Positions 26,601 through 39,500 of a stretch of 64,000 nucleotides of DNA are shown piece after piece. The stretch is taken from the NCBI RefSeq assembly GCF_009914755.1, contig NC_060943.1. One strand, 5' to 3'. Numbering within the stretch: the first letter of the stretch is position 1; each line of letters opens with the position of its first letter. Below the pieces are notes generated by a model. That model was given only the letters and a program-made list of their open reading frames with translations. It was not told where the DNA came from and did not search any database. The DNA comes from the human T2T-CHM13v2.0 reference genome, Homo sapiens. The position numbers and the translations under genes are program-made.

Positions 26601-29600
26601 CAACTCACAGAGTTGAACGATCCTTTACACAGAGCAGACTTGAAACACTCCTTTTGTGGAATTTGCACGTGGAGATTTCAGCCGCTTTGAGGTCAATGGT
26701 AGAATAGGAAATATCTTCCTATAGAAAGTAGACAGAATGATTCTCAGAAACTCCTTTGTGATGTGTGCGTTCAACTCACAGAGTTTAACCTTTCTTTTCA
26801 TAGAGCAGTTAGGAAACACTCTGTTTGTAAAGTCTGCAAGTGGATATTCAGACCTCCTTGAGGCCTTCGTTGGAAACGGGATTTCTTCATATTCTGCTAG
26901 AAAGAAGAATTCTCAGTAACTTCCTTGTGTTGTGTGTATTCAACTCACAGAGTTGAACGATCCTTTACACAGAGCAGACTTGAAACACTCTTTTTGTGGA
27001 ATTTGCAAGTGGAGATTTCAGCCGCTTTGAGGTCAATGGTAGAATAGGAAATATCTTCCTATAGAAACTAGACAGAATGATTCTCAGAAACTCCTTTGTG
27101 ATGTGTGCGTTCAACTCACAGAGTTTAACCTTTCTTTTCATAGAGCAGTTAGGAAACACTCTGTTTGTAAAGTCTGCAAGTGGATATTCAGACATCCTTG
27201 AGGCTTTCGTTGGAAACGGGATTTCTTCATATTCTGCTAGAAAGAAGAATTCTCAGTAACTTCCTTGTGTTGTGTGTATTCAACTCACAGAGTTGAACGA
27301 TCCTTTACACAGAGCAGACTTGAAACACTCTTTTTGTGGAATTTGCAAGTGGAGATTTCAGCCGCTTTGAGGTCAATGGTAGAATAGGAAATATCTTCCT
27401 ATAGAAACTAGACAGAATGATTCTCAGAAACTCCTTTGTGATGTGTGCGTTCAACTCACAGAGTTCAACCTTTCTTTTCATAGAGCAGTTGGGAAACACT
27501 CTGTTTGTAAAGTCTGCAAGTGGATATTCAGACTTCTTTGAGGCCTTCGTTGGAAGCGGGATTTCTTCATGTTCTGCTAGACAGAAGAATTCTCAGAAAC
27601 TTCCTTGTGTTGTGTGTTTTCAACTCACAGAGTTGAACGATCCTTTACACAGAGCAGACTTGAAACACTCCTTTTGTGGAATTTGCAAGTGGAGATTTCA
27701 GCCGCTTTGAGGTCAATGGTAGAATAGGAAATATCTTCCTATAGAAAGTAGACAGAATGATTCTCAGAAACTCCTTTGTGATGTGTGCGTTCAACTCACA
27801 GAGTTCAACCTTTCTTTTCATAGAGCAGTTGGGAAACACTCTGTTTGTAAAGTCTGCAAGTGGATATTCAGACTTCTTTGAGGCCTTCGTTGGAAGCGGG
27901 ATTTCTTCATATTCTGCTAGACAGAAGAATTCTCAGTAACTGCCTTGTGTTGTGTGTATTCAACTCACAGAGTTGAACGATCCTTTACACAGAGCAGACT
28001 TGAAACACTCTTTTTGTGGAATTTGCAAGTGGAGATTTCAGCCGCTTTGAGGTCAATGGTAGAATAGGAAATATCTTCCTATAGAAACTAGACAGAATGA
28101 TTCTCAGAAACTCCTTTGTGATGTGTGCGTTCAACTCACAGAGTTTACCCTTTCTTTTCATAGAGCAGTTAGGAAACACTCTGTTTGTAAAGTCTGCAAG
28201 TGGATATTCAGACATCCTTGAGGCTTTCGTTGGAAACGGGATTTCTTCATATTCTGCCAGAAAGAAGAATTCTCAGTAACTTCCTTGTGTTGTGTGTATT
28301 CAACTCACAGAGTTGAACGATCCTTTACACAGAGCAGACTTGAAACACTCTTTTTGTGGAATTTGCAAGTGGAGATTTCAGCCGCTTTGAGGTCAATGGT
28401 AGAATAGGAAATATCTTCCTATAGAAACTAGACAGAATGATTCTCAGAAACTCCTTTGTGATGTGTGCGTTCAACTCACAGAGTTTAACCATTCTTTTCA
28501 TAGAGCAGTTAGGAAACACTCTGTTTGTAAAGTCTGCAAGTGGATATTCAGACATCCTTGAGGCTTTCGTTGGAAACGGGATTTCTTCATATTCTGCTAG
28601 AAAGAAGAATTCTCAGTAACTTCCTTGTGTTGTGTGTATTCAACTCACAGAGTTGAACGATCCTTTACACAGAGCAGACTTGAAACACTCTTTTTGTGGA
28701 ATTTGCAAGTGGAGATTTCAGCCGCTTTGAGGTCAATGGTAGAATAGGAAATATCTTCCTATAGAAACTAGACAGAATGATTCTCAGAAACTCCTTTGTG
28801 ATGTGTGCGTTCAACTCACAGAGTTCAACCTTTCTTTTCATAGAGCAGTTGGGAAACACTCTGTTTGTAAAGTCTGCAAGTGGATATTCAGACTTCTTTG
28901 AGGCCTTCGTTGGAAGCGGGATTTCTTCATGTTCTGCTAGACAGAAGAATTCTCAGTAACTGCCTTGTGTTGTGTGTATTCAACTCACAGAGTTGAACGA
29001 TCCTTTACACAGAGCAGACTTGAAACACTCCTTTTGTGGAATTTGCAAGTTGAGATTTCAGCCGCTTTGAGGTCAATGGTAGAATAGGAAATATCTTCCT
29101 ATAGAAAGTAGACAGAATGATTCTCAGAAACTCCTTTGTGATGTGTGCGTTCAACTCACAGAGTTTAACCTTTCTTTTCATAGAGCAGTTAGGAAACACT
29201 CTGTTTGTAAAGTCTGCAAGTGGATATTCAGACATCCTTGAGGCTTTCGTTGGAAACGGGATTTCTTCATATTCTGCTAGAAAGAAGAATTCTCAGTAAC
29301 TTCCTTGTGTTGTGTGTATTCAACTCACAGAGTTGAACGATCCTTTACACAGAGCAGACTTGAAACACTCTTTTTGTGGAATTTGCAAGTGGAGATTTCA
29401 GCCGCTTTGAGGTCAATGGTAGAATAGGAAATATCTTCCTATAGAAACTAGACAGAATGATTCTCAGAAACTCCTTTGTGATGTGTGCGTTCAACTCACA
29501 GAGTTTAACCTTTCTTTTCATAGAGCAGTTAGGAAACACTCTGTTTGTAAAGTCTGCAAGTGGATATTCAGACATCCTTGAGGCTTTCGTTGGAAACGGG

Positions 29601-31156
29601 ATTTCTTCATATTCTGCTAGAAAGAAGAATTCTCAGTAACTTCCTTGTGTTGTGTGTATTCAACTCACAGAGTTGAACGATCCTTTACACAGAGCAGACT
29701 TGAAACACTCTTTTTGTGGAATTTGCAAGTGGAGATTTCAGCCGCTTTGAGGTCAATGGTAGAATAGGAAATATCTTCCTATAGAAAGTAGACAGAATGA
29801 TTCTCAGAAACTCCTTTGTGATGTGTGCGTTCAACTCACAGAGTTTAACCTTTCTTTTCATAGAGCAGTTGGGAAACACTCTGTTTGTAAAGTCTGCAAG
29901 TGGATATTCAGACATCCTTGAGGCTTTCGTTGTAAACGGGATTTCTTCATATTCTGCTAGAAAGAAGAATTCTCAGTAACTTCCTTGTGTTGTGTGTATT
30001 CAACTCACAGAGTTGAACGATCCTTTACACAGAGCAGACTTGAAACACTCTTTTTGTGGAATTTGCAAGTGGAGATTTCAGCCGCTTTGAGTTCAATGGT
30101 AGAATAGGAAATATCTTCCTATAGAAACTAGACAGAATGATTCTCAGAAACTCCTTTGTGATGTGTGCGTTCAACTCACAGAGTTTAACCTCTCTTTTCA
30201 TAGAGCAGTTGGGAAACACTCTGTTTGTAAAGTCTGCAAGTGGATATTCAGACTTCTTTGAGGCCTTCGTTGGAAGCGGGATTTCTTCATGTTCTGCTAG
30301 ACAGAAGAATTCTCAGAAACTTCCTTGTGTTGTGTGTTTTCAACTCACAGAGTTGAACGATCCTTTACACAGAGCAGACTTGAAACACTCCTTTTGTGGA
30401 ATTTGCACGTGGAGATTTCAGCCGCTTTGAGGTCAATGGTAGAATAGGAAATATCTTCCTATAGAAAGTAGACAGAATGATTCTCAGAAACTCCTTTGTG
30501 ATGTGTGCGTTCAACTCACAGAGTTTAACCTTTCTTTTCATAGAGCAGTTAGGAAACACTCTGTTTGTAAAGTCTGCAAGTGGATATTCAGACCTCCTTG
30601 AGGCCTTCGTTGGAAACGGGATTTCTTCATATTCTGCTAGAAAGAAGAATTCTCAGTAACTTCCTTGTGTTGTGTGTATTCAACTCACAGAGTTGAACGA
30701 TCCTTTACACAGAGCAGACTTGAAACACTCTTTTTGTGGAATTTGCAAGTGGAGATTTCAGCCGCTTTGAGGTCAATGGTAGAATAGGAAATATCTTCCT
30801 ATAGAAACTAGACAGAATGATTCTCAGAAACTCCTTTGTGATGTGTGCGTTCAACTCACAGAGTTTAACCTTTCTTTTCATAGAGCAGTTAGGAAACACT
30901 CTGTTTGTAAAGTCTGCAAGTGGATATTCAGACATCCTTGAGGCTTTCGTTGGAAACGGGATTTCTTCATATTCTGCTAGAAAGAAGAATTCTCAGTAAC
31001 TTCCTTGTGTTGTGTGTATTCAACTCACAGAGTTGAACGATCCTTTACACAGAGCAGACTTGAAACACTCTTTTTGTGGAATTTGCAAGTGGAGATTTCA
31101 GCCGCTTTGAGGTCAATGGTAGAATAGGAAATATCTTCCTATAGAAACTAGACAGA
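23677..31156 (+). repeat. Tandem duplication of an 11-dimer (3740 bp) block
   Basis: The dimer variant order of 23677-27416 is repeated at 27417-31156, e.g. ACCATTC 24751/28491, AAGTTGAG 25311/29051, TGTAAACGG 26193/29933, CACGTG 26666/30406. Confidence 0.9.
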
Positions 31157-33536
31157 ATGATTCTCAGAAACTCCTTTGTGATGTGTGCGTTCAACTCACA
31201 GAGTTTAACCTTTCTTTTCATAGAGCAGTTAGGAAACACTCTGTTTGTAAAGTCTGCAAGTGGATATTCAGACATCCTTGAGGCTTTCGTTGGAAACGGG
31301 ATTTCTTCATATTCTGCTAGAAAGAAGAATTCTCAGTAACTTCCTTGTGTTGTGTGTATTCAACTCACAGAGTTGAACGATCCTTTACACAGAGCAGACT
31401 TGAAACACTCTTTTTGTGGAATTTGCAAGTGGAGATTTCAGCCGCTTTGAGGTCAATGGTAGAATAGGAAATATCTTCCTATAGAAACTAGACAGAATGA
31501 TTCTCAGAAACTCCTTTGTGATGTGTGCGTTCAACTCACAGAGTTCAACCTTTCTTTTCATAGAGCAGTTGGGAAACACTCTGTTTGTAAAGTCTGCAAG
31601 TGGATATTCAGACTTCTTTGAGGCCTTCGTTGGAAGCGGGATTTCTTCATGTTCTGCTAGACAGAAGAATTCTCAGTAACTGCCTTGTGTTGTGTGTATT
31701 CAACTCACAGAGTTGAACGATCCTTTACACAGAGCAGACTTGAAACACTCCTTTTGTGGAATTTGCAAGTTGAGATTTCAGCCGCTTTGAGGTCAATGGT
31801 AGAATAGGAAATATCTTCCTATAGAAAGTAGACAGAATGATTCTCAGAAACTCCTTTGTGATGTGTGCGTTCAACTCACAGAGTTTAACCTTTCTTTTCA
31901 TAGAGCAGTTAGGAAACACTCTGTTTGTAAAGTCTGCAAGTGGATATTCAGACATCCTTGAGGCTTTCGTTGGAAACGGGATTTCTTCATATTCTGCTAG
32001 AAAGAAGAATTCTCAGTAACTTCCTTGTGTTGTGTGTATTCAACTCACAGAGTTGAACGATCCTTTACACAGAGCAGACTTGAAACACTCTTTTTGTGGA
32101 ATTTGCAAGTGGAGATTTCAGCCGCTTTGAGGTCAATGGTAGAATAGGAAATATCTTCCTATAGAAACTAGACAGAATGATTCTCAGAAACTCCTTTGTG
32201 ATGTGTGCGTTCAACTCACAGAGTTTAACCTTTCTTTTCATAGAGCAGTTAGGAAACACTCTGTTTGTAAAGTCTGCAAGTGGATATTCAGACATCCTTG
32301 AGGCTTTCGTTGGAAACGGGATTTCTTCATATTCTGCTAGAAAGAAGAATTCTCAGTAACTTCCTTGTGTTGTGTGTATTCAACTCACAGAGTTGAACGA
32401 TCCTTTACACAGAGCAGACTTGAAACACTCTTTTTGTGGAATTTGCAAGTGGAGATTTCAGCCGCTTTGAGGTCAATGGTAGAATAGGAAATATCTTCCT
32501 ATAGAAAGTAGACAGAATGATTCTCAGAAACTCCTTTGTGATGTGTGCGTTCAACTCACAGAGTTTAACCTTTCTTTTCATAGAGCAGTTGGGAAACACT
32601 CTGTTTGTAAAGTCTGCAAGTGGATATTCAGACATCCTTGAGGCTTTCGTTGTAAACGGGATTTCTTCATATTCTGCTAGAAAGAAGAATTCTCAGTAAC
32701 TTCCTTGTGTTGTGTGTATTCAACTCACAGAGTTGAACGATCCTTTACACAGAGCAGACTTGAAACACTCTTTTTGTGGAATTTGCAAGTGGAGATTTCA
32801 GCCGCTTTGAGTTCAATGGTAGAATAGGAAATATCTTCCTATAGAAACTAGACAGAATGATTCTCAGAAACTCCTTTGTGATGTGTGCGTTCAACTCACA
32901 GAGTTTAACCTCTCTTTTCATAGAGCAGTTGGGAAACACTCTGTTTGTAAAGTCTGCAAGTGGATATTCAGACTTCTTTGAGGCCTTCGTTGGAAGCGGG
33001 ATTTCTTCATGTTCTGCTAGACAGAAGAATTCTCAGAAACTTCCTTGTGTTGTGTGTTTTCAACTCACAGAGTTGAACGATCCTTTACACAGAGCAGACT
33101 TGAAACACTCCTTTTGTGGAATTTGCACGTGGAGATTTCAGCCGCTTTGAGGTCAATGGTAGAATAGGAAATATCTTCCTATAGAAAGTAGACAGAATGA
33201 TTCTCAGAAACTCCTTTGTGATGTGTGCGTTCAACTCACAGAGTTTAACCTTTCTTTTCATAGAGCAGTTAGGAAACACTCTGTTTGTAAAGTCTGCAAG
33301 TGGATATTCAGACCTCCTTGAGGCCTTCGTTGGAAACGGGATTTCTTCATATTCTGCTAGAAAGAAGAATTCTCAGTAACTTCCTTGTGTTGTGTGTATT
33401 CAACTCACAGAGTTGAACGATCCTTTACACAGAGCAGACTTGAAACACTCTTTTTGTGGAATTTGCAAGTGGAGATTTCAGCCGCTTTGAGGTCAATGGT
33501 AGAATAGGAAATATCTTCCTATAGAAACTAGACAGA

Positions 33537-36500
33537 ATGATTCTCAGAAACTCCTTTGTGATGTGTGCGTTCAACTCACAGAGTTTAACCTTTCTTTTCA
33601 TAGAGCAGTTAGGAAACACTCTGTTTGTAAAGTCTGCAAGTGGATATTCAGACATCCTTGAGGCTTTCGTTGGAAACGGGATTTCTTCATATTCTGCTAG
33701 AAAGAAGAATTCTCAGTAACTTCCTTGTGTTGTGTGTATTCAACTCACAGAGTTGAACGATCCTTTACACAGAGCAGACTTGAAACACTCTTTTTGTGGA
33801 ATTTGCAAGTGGAGATTTCAGCCGCTTTGAGGTCAATGGTAGAATAGGAAATATCTTCCTATAGAAACTAGACAGAATGATTCTCAGAAACTCCTTTGTG
33901 ATGTGTGCGTTCAACTCACAGAGTTTACCCTTTCTTTTCATAGAGCAGTTGGGAAACACTCTGTTTGTAAAGTCTGCAAGTGGATATTCAGACATCCTTG
34001 AGGCTTTCGTTGGAAACGGGATTTCTTCATATTCTGCTAGAAAGAAGAATTCTCAGTAACTTCCTTGTGTTGTGTGTATTCAACTCACAGAGTTGAACGA
34101 TCCTTTACACAGAGCAGACTTGAAACACTCTTTTTGTGGAATTTGCAAGTGGAGATTTCAGCCGCTTTGAGTTCAATGGTAGAATAGGAAATATCTTCCT
34201 ATAGAAACTAGACAGAATGATTCTCAGAAACTCCTTTGTGATGTGTGCGTTCAACTCACAGAGTTCAACCTTTCTTTTCATAGAGCAGTTGGGAAACACT
34301 CTGTTTGTAAAGTCTGCAAGTGGATATTCAGACTTCTTTGAGGCCTTCGTTGGAAGCGGGATTTCTTCATATTCTGCTAGACAGAAGAATTCTCAGTAAC
34401 TGCCTTGTGTTGTGTGTATTCAACTCACAGAGTTGAACGATCCTTTACACAGAGCAGACTTGAAACACTCTTTTTGTGGAATTTGCAAGTGGAGATTTCA
34501 GCCGCTTTGAGGTCAATGGTAGAATAGGAAATATCTTCCTATAGAAACTAGACAGAATGATTCTCAGAAACTCCTTTGTGATGTGTGCGTTCAACTCACA
34601 GAGTTTACCCTTTCTTTTCATAGAGCAGTTAGGAAACACTCTGTTTGTAAAGTCTGCAAGTGGATATTCAGACATCCTTGAGGCTTTCGTTGGAAACGGG
34701 ATTTCTTCATATTCTGCTAGAAAGAAGAATTCTCAGTAACTTCCTTGTGTTGTGTGTATTCAACTCACAGAGTTGAACGATCCTTTACACAGAGCAGACT
34801 TGAAACACTCTTTTTGTGGAATTTGCAAGTGGAGATTTCAGCCGCTTTGAGGTCAATGGTAGAATAGGAAATATCTTCCTATAGAAACTAGACAGAATGA
34901 TTCTCAGAAACTCCTTTGTGATGTGTGCGTTCAACTCACAGAGTTCAACCTTTCTTTTCATAGAGCAGTTGGGAAACACTCTGTTTGTAAAGTCTGCAAG
35001 TGGATATTCAGACTTCTTTGAGGCCTTCGTTGGAAGCGGGATTTCTTCATGTTCTGCTAGACAGAAGAATTCTCAGTAACTGCCTTGTGTTGTGTGTATT
35101 CAACTCACAGAGTTGAACGATCCTTTACACAGAGCAGACTTGAAACACTCCTTTTGTGGAATTTGCAAGTTGAGATTTCAGCCGCTTTGAGGTCAATGGT
35201 AGAATAGGAAATATCTTCCTATAGAAAGTAGACAGAATGATTCTCAGAAACTCCTTTGTGATGTGTGCGTTCAACTCACAGAGTTTAACCTTTCTTTTCA
35301 TAGAGCAGTTAGGAAACACTCTGTTTGTAAAGTCTGCAAGTGGATATTCAGACATCCTTGAGGCTTTCGTTGGAAACGGGATTTCTTCATATTCTGCTAG
35401 AAAGAAGAATTCTCAGTAACTTCCTTGTGTTGTGTGTATTCAACTCACAGAGTTGAACGATCCTTTACACAGAGCAGACTTGAAACACTCTTTTTGTGGA
35501 ATTTGCAAGTGGAGATTTCAGCCGCTTTGAGGTCAATGGTAGAATAGGAAATATCTTCCTATAGAAACTAGACAGAATGATTCTCAGAAACTCCTTTGTG
35601 ATGTGTGCGTTCAACTCACAGAGTTTAACCTTTCTTTTCATAGAGCAGTTAGGAAACACTCTGTTTGTAAAGTCTGCAAGTGGATATTCAGACATCCTTG
35701 AGGCTTTCGTTGGAAACGGGATTTCTTCATATTCTGCTAGAAAGAAGAATTCTCAGTAACTTCCTTGTGTTGTGTGTATTCAACTCACAGAGTTGAACGA
35801 TCCTTTACACAGAGCAGACTTGAAACACTCTTTTTGTGGAATTTGCAAGTGGAGATTTCAGCCGCTTTGAGGTCAATGGTAGAATAGGAAATACCTTCCT
35901 ATAGAAAGTAGACAGAATGATTCTCAGAAACTCCTTTGTGATGTGTGCGTTCAACTCACAGAGTTTAACCTTTCTTTTCATAGAGCAGTTGGGAAACACT
36001 CTGTTTGTAAAGTCTGCAAGTGGATATTCAGACATCCTTGAGGCTTTCGTTGTAAACGGGATTTCTTCATATTCTGCTAGAAAGAAGAATTCTCAGTAAC
36101 TTCCTTGTGTTGTGTGTATTCAACTCACAGAGTTGAACGATCCTTTACACAGAGCAGACTTGAAACACTCTTTTTGTGGAATTTGCAAGTGGAGATTTCA
36201 GCCGCTTTGAGTTCAATGGTAGAATAGGAAATATCTTCCTATAGAAACTAGACAGAATGATTCTCAGAAACTCCTTTGTGATGTGTGCGTTCAACTCACA
36301 GAGTTTAACCTCTCTTTTCATAGAGCAGTTGGGAAACACTCTGTTTGTAAAGTCTGCAAGTGGATATTCAGACTTCTTTCAGGCCTTCGTTGGAAGCGGG
36401 ATTTCTTCATGTTCTGCTAGACAGAAGAATTCTCAGAAACTTCCTTGTGTTGTGTGTTTTCAACTCACAGAGTTGAACGATCCTTTACACAGAGCAGACT

Positions 36501-39500
36501 TGAAACACTCCTTTTGTGGAATTTGCACGTGGAGATTTCAGCCGCTTTGAGGTCAATGGTAGAATAGGAAATATCTTCCTATAGAAAGTAGACAGAATGA
36601 TTCTCAGAAACTCCTTTGTGATGTGTGCGTTCAACTCACAGAGTTTAACCTTTCTTTTCATAGAGCAGTTAGGAAACACTCTGTTTGTAAAGTCTGCAAG
36701 TGGATATTCAGACCTCCTTGAGGCCTTCGTTGGAAACGGGATTTCTTCATATTATGCTAGACAGAAGAATTCTCAGTAACTTCCTTGTGTTGTGTGTATT
36801 CAACTCACAGAGTTGAACGATCCTTTACACAGAGCAGACTTGAAACACTCTTTTTGTGGAATTTGCAAGTGGAGATTTCAGCCGCTTTGAGGTCAATGGT
36901 AGAATAGGAAATATCTTCCTATAGAAACTAGACAGAATGATTCTCAGAAACTCCTTTGTGATGTGTGCGTTCAACTCACAGAGTTCAACCTTTCTTTTCA
37001 TAGAGCAGTTGGGAAACACTCTGTTTGTAAAGTCTGCAAGTGGATATTCAGACTTCTTTGAGGCCTTCGTTGGAAGCGGGATTTCTTCATATTCTGCTAG
37101 ACAGAAGAATTCTCGGTAACTTCCTTGTGTTGTGTGTATTCAACTCACAGAGTTGAAAGATCCTTTACACAGAGCAGACTTGAAACACTCTTTTTGTGGA
37201 ATTTGCATGTGGAGATTTCAGCCGCTTTGAGGTCAATGGTAGAATTGGAAATATCTTCCTATAGAAACTAGACAGAATGATTCTCAGAAACTCCTTTGTG
37301 ATGTGTGCGTTCAACTCACAGAGTTTAACCTTTCTTTTCATAGAGCAGTTAGGAAACACTCTGTTTGTAAAGTCTGCAAGTGGATATTCAGACCTCCTTG
37401 AGGCCTTCGTTGGATACGGGATTTCTTCATATTATGCTAGACAGAAGAATTCTCAGTAACTTCCTTGTGTTGTGTGTATTCAACTCACAGAGTTGAACGA
37501 TCCTTTACACAGAGCAGACTTGAAACACTCTTTTTGTGGAATTTGCAAGTGGAGATTTCAGCCGCTTTGAGTTCAATGGTAGAATAGGAAATATCTTCCT
37601 ATAGAAACTAGACAGAATGATTCTCAGAAACTCCTTTGTGATGTGTGCGTTCACCTCACAGAGTTCAACCTTTCTTTTCATAGAGCAGTTGGGAAACACT
37701 CTGTTTGTAAAGTCTGCAAGTGGATATTCAGACTTCTTTGAGGCCTTCGTTGGAAGCGGGATTTCTTCATATTCTGCTAGACAGAAGAATTCTCAGTAAC
37801 TGCCTTGTGTTGTGTGTATTCAACTCACAGAGTTGAACGATCCTTTACACAGAGCAGACTTGAAACACTCTTTTTGTGGAATTTGCAAGTGGAGATTTCA
37901 GCCGCTTTGAGGTCAATGGTAGAATAGGAAATATCTTCCTATAGAAACTAGACAGAATGATTCTCAGAAACTCCTTTGTGATGTGTGCGTTCAACTCACA
38001 GAGTTCAACCTTTCTTTTCATAGAGCAGTTGGGAAACACTCTGTTTGTAAAGTCTGCAAGTGGATATTCAGACTTCTTTGAGGCCTTCGTTGGAAGCGGG
38101 ATTTCTTCATATTCTGCTAGACAGAAGAATTCTCAGTAACTGCCTTGTGTTGTGTTTATTCAACTCACAGAGTTGAACGATCCTTTACACAGAGCAGACT
38201 TGAAACACTCTTTTTGTGGAATTTGCAAGTGGAGATTTCAGCCGCTTTGAGGTCAATGGTAGAATAGGAAATATCTTCCTATAGAAACTAGACAGAATGA
38301 TTCTCAGAAACTCCTTTGTGATGTGTGCGTTCAACTCACAGAGTTTAACCATTCTTTTCATAGAGCAGTTAGGAAACACTCTGTTTGTAAAGTCTGCAAG
38401 TGGATATTCAGACATCCTTGAGGCTTTCGTTGGAAACGGGATTTCTTCATATTCTGCTAGAAAGAAGAATTCTCAGTAACTTCCTTGTGTTGTGTGTATT
38501 CAACTCACAGAGTTGAACGATCCTTTACACAGAGCAGACTTGAAACACTCTTTTTGTGGAATTTGCAAGTGGAGATTTCAGCCGCTTTGAGGTCAATGGT
38601 AGAATAGGAAATATCTTCCTATAGAAACTAGACAGAATGATTCTCAGAAACTCCTTTGTGATGTGTGCGTTCAACTCACAGAGTTTAACCTTTCTTTTCA
38701 TAGAGCAGTTAGGAAACACTCTGTTTGTAAAGTCTGCAAGTGGATATTCAGACATCCTTGAGGCTTTCGTTGGAAACGGGATTTCTTCATATTCTGCTAG
38801 AAAGAAGAATTCTCAGTAACTTCCTTGTGTTGTGTGTATTCAACTCACAGAGTTGAACGATCCTTTACACAGAGCAGACTTGAAACACTCTTTTTGTGGA
38901 ATTTGCAAGTGGAGATTTCAGCCGCTTTGAGGTCAATGGTAGAATAGGAAATATCTTCCTATAGAAACTAGACAGAATGATTCTCAGAAACTCCTTTGTG
39001 ATGTGTGCGTTCAACTCACAGAGTTTACCCTTTCTTTTCATAGAGCAGTTGGGAAACACTCTGTTTGTAAAGTCTGCAAGTGGATATTCAGACATCCTTG
39101 AGGCTTTCGTTGGAAACGGGATTTCTTCATATTCTGCTAGAAAGAAGAATTCTCAGTAACTTCCTTGTGTTGTGTGTATTCAACTCACAGAGTTGAACGA
39201 TCCTTTACACAGAGCAGACTTGAAACACTCTTTTTGTGGAATTTGCAAGTGGAGATTTCAGCCGCTTTGAGTTCAATGGTAGAATAGGAAATATCTTCCT
39301 ATAGAAACTAGACAGAATGATTCTCAGAAACTCCTTTGTGATGTGTGCGTTCAACTCACAGAGTTCAACCTTTCTTTTCATAGAGCAGTTGGGAAACACT
39401 CTGTTTGTAAAGTCTGCAAGTGGATATTCAGACTTCTTTGAGGCCTTCGTTGGAAGCGGGATTTCTTCATATTCTGCTAGACAGAAGAATTCTCAGTAAC

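Noticed and set aside
26666-26671. E-box CACGTG created by a variant (also 30406, 33126, 36526, 41626)
   Set aside because: A 6-mer arising from one substitution and copied with its cassette. There is no support for regulatory function.
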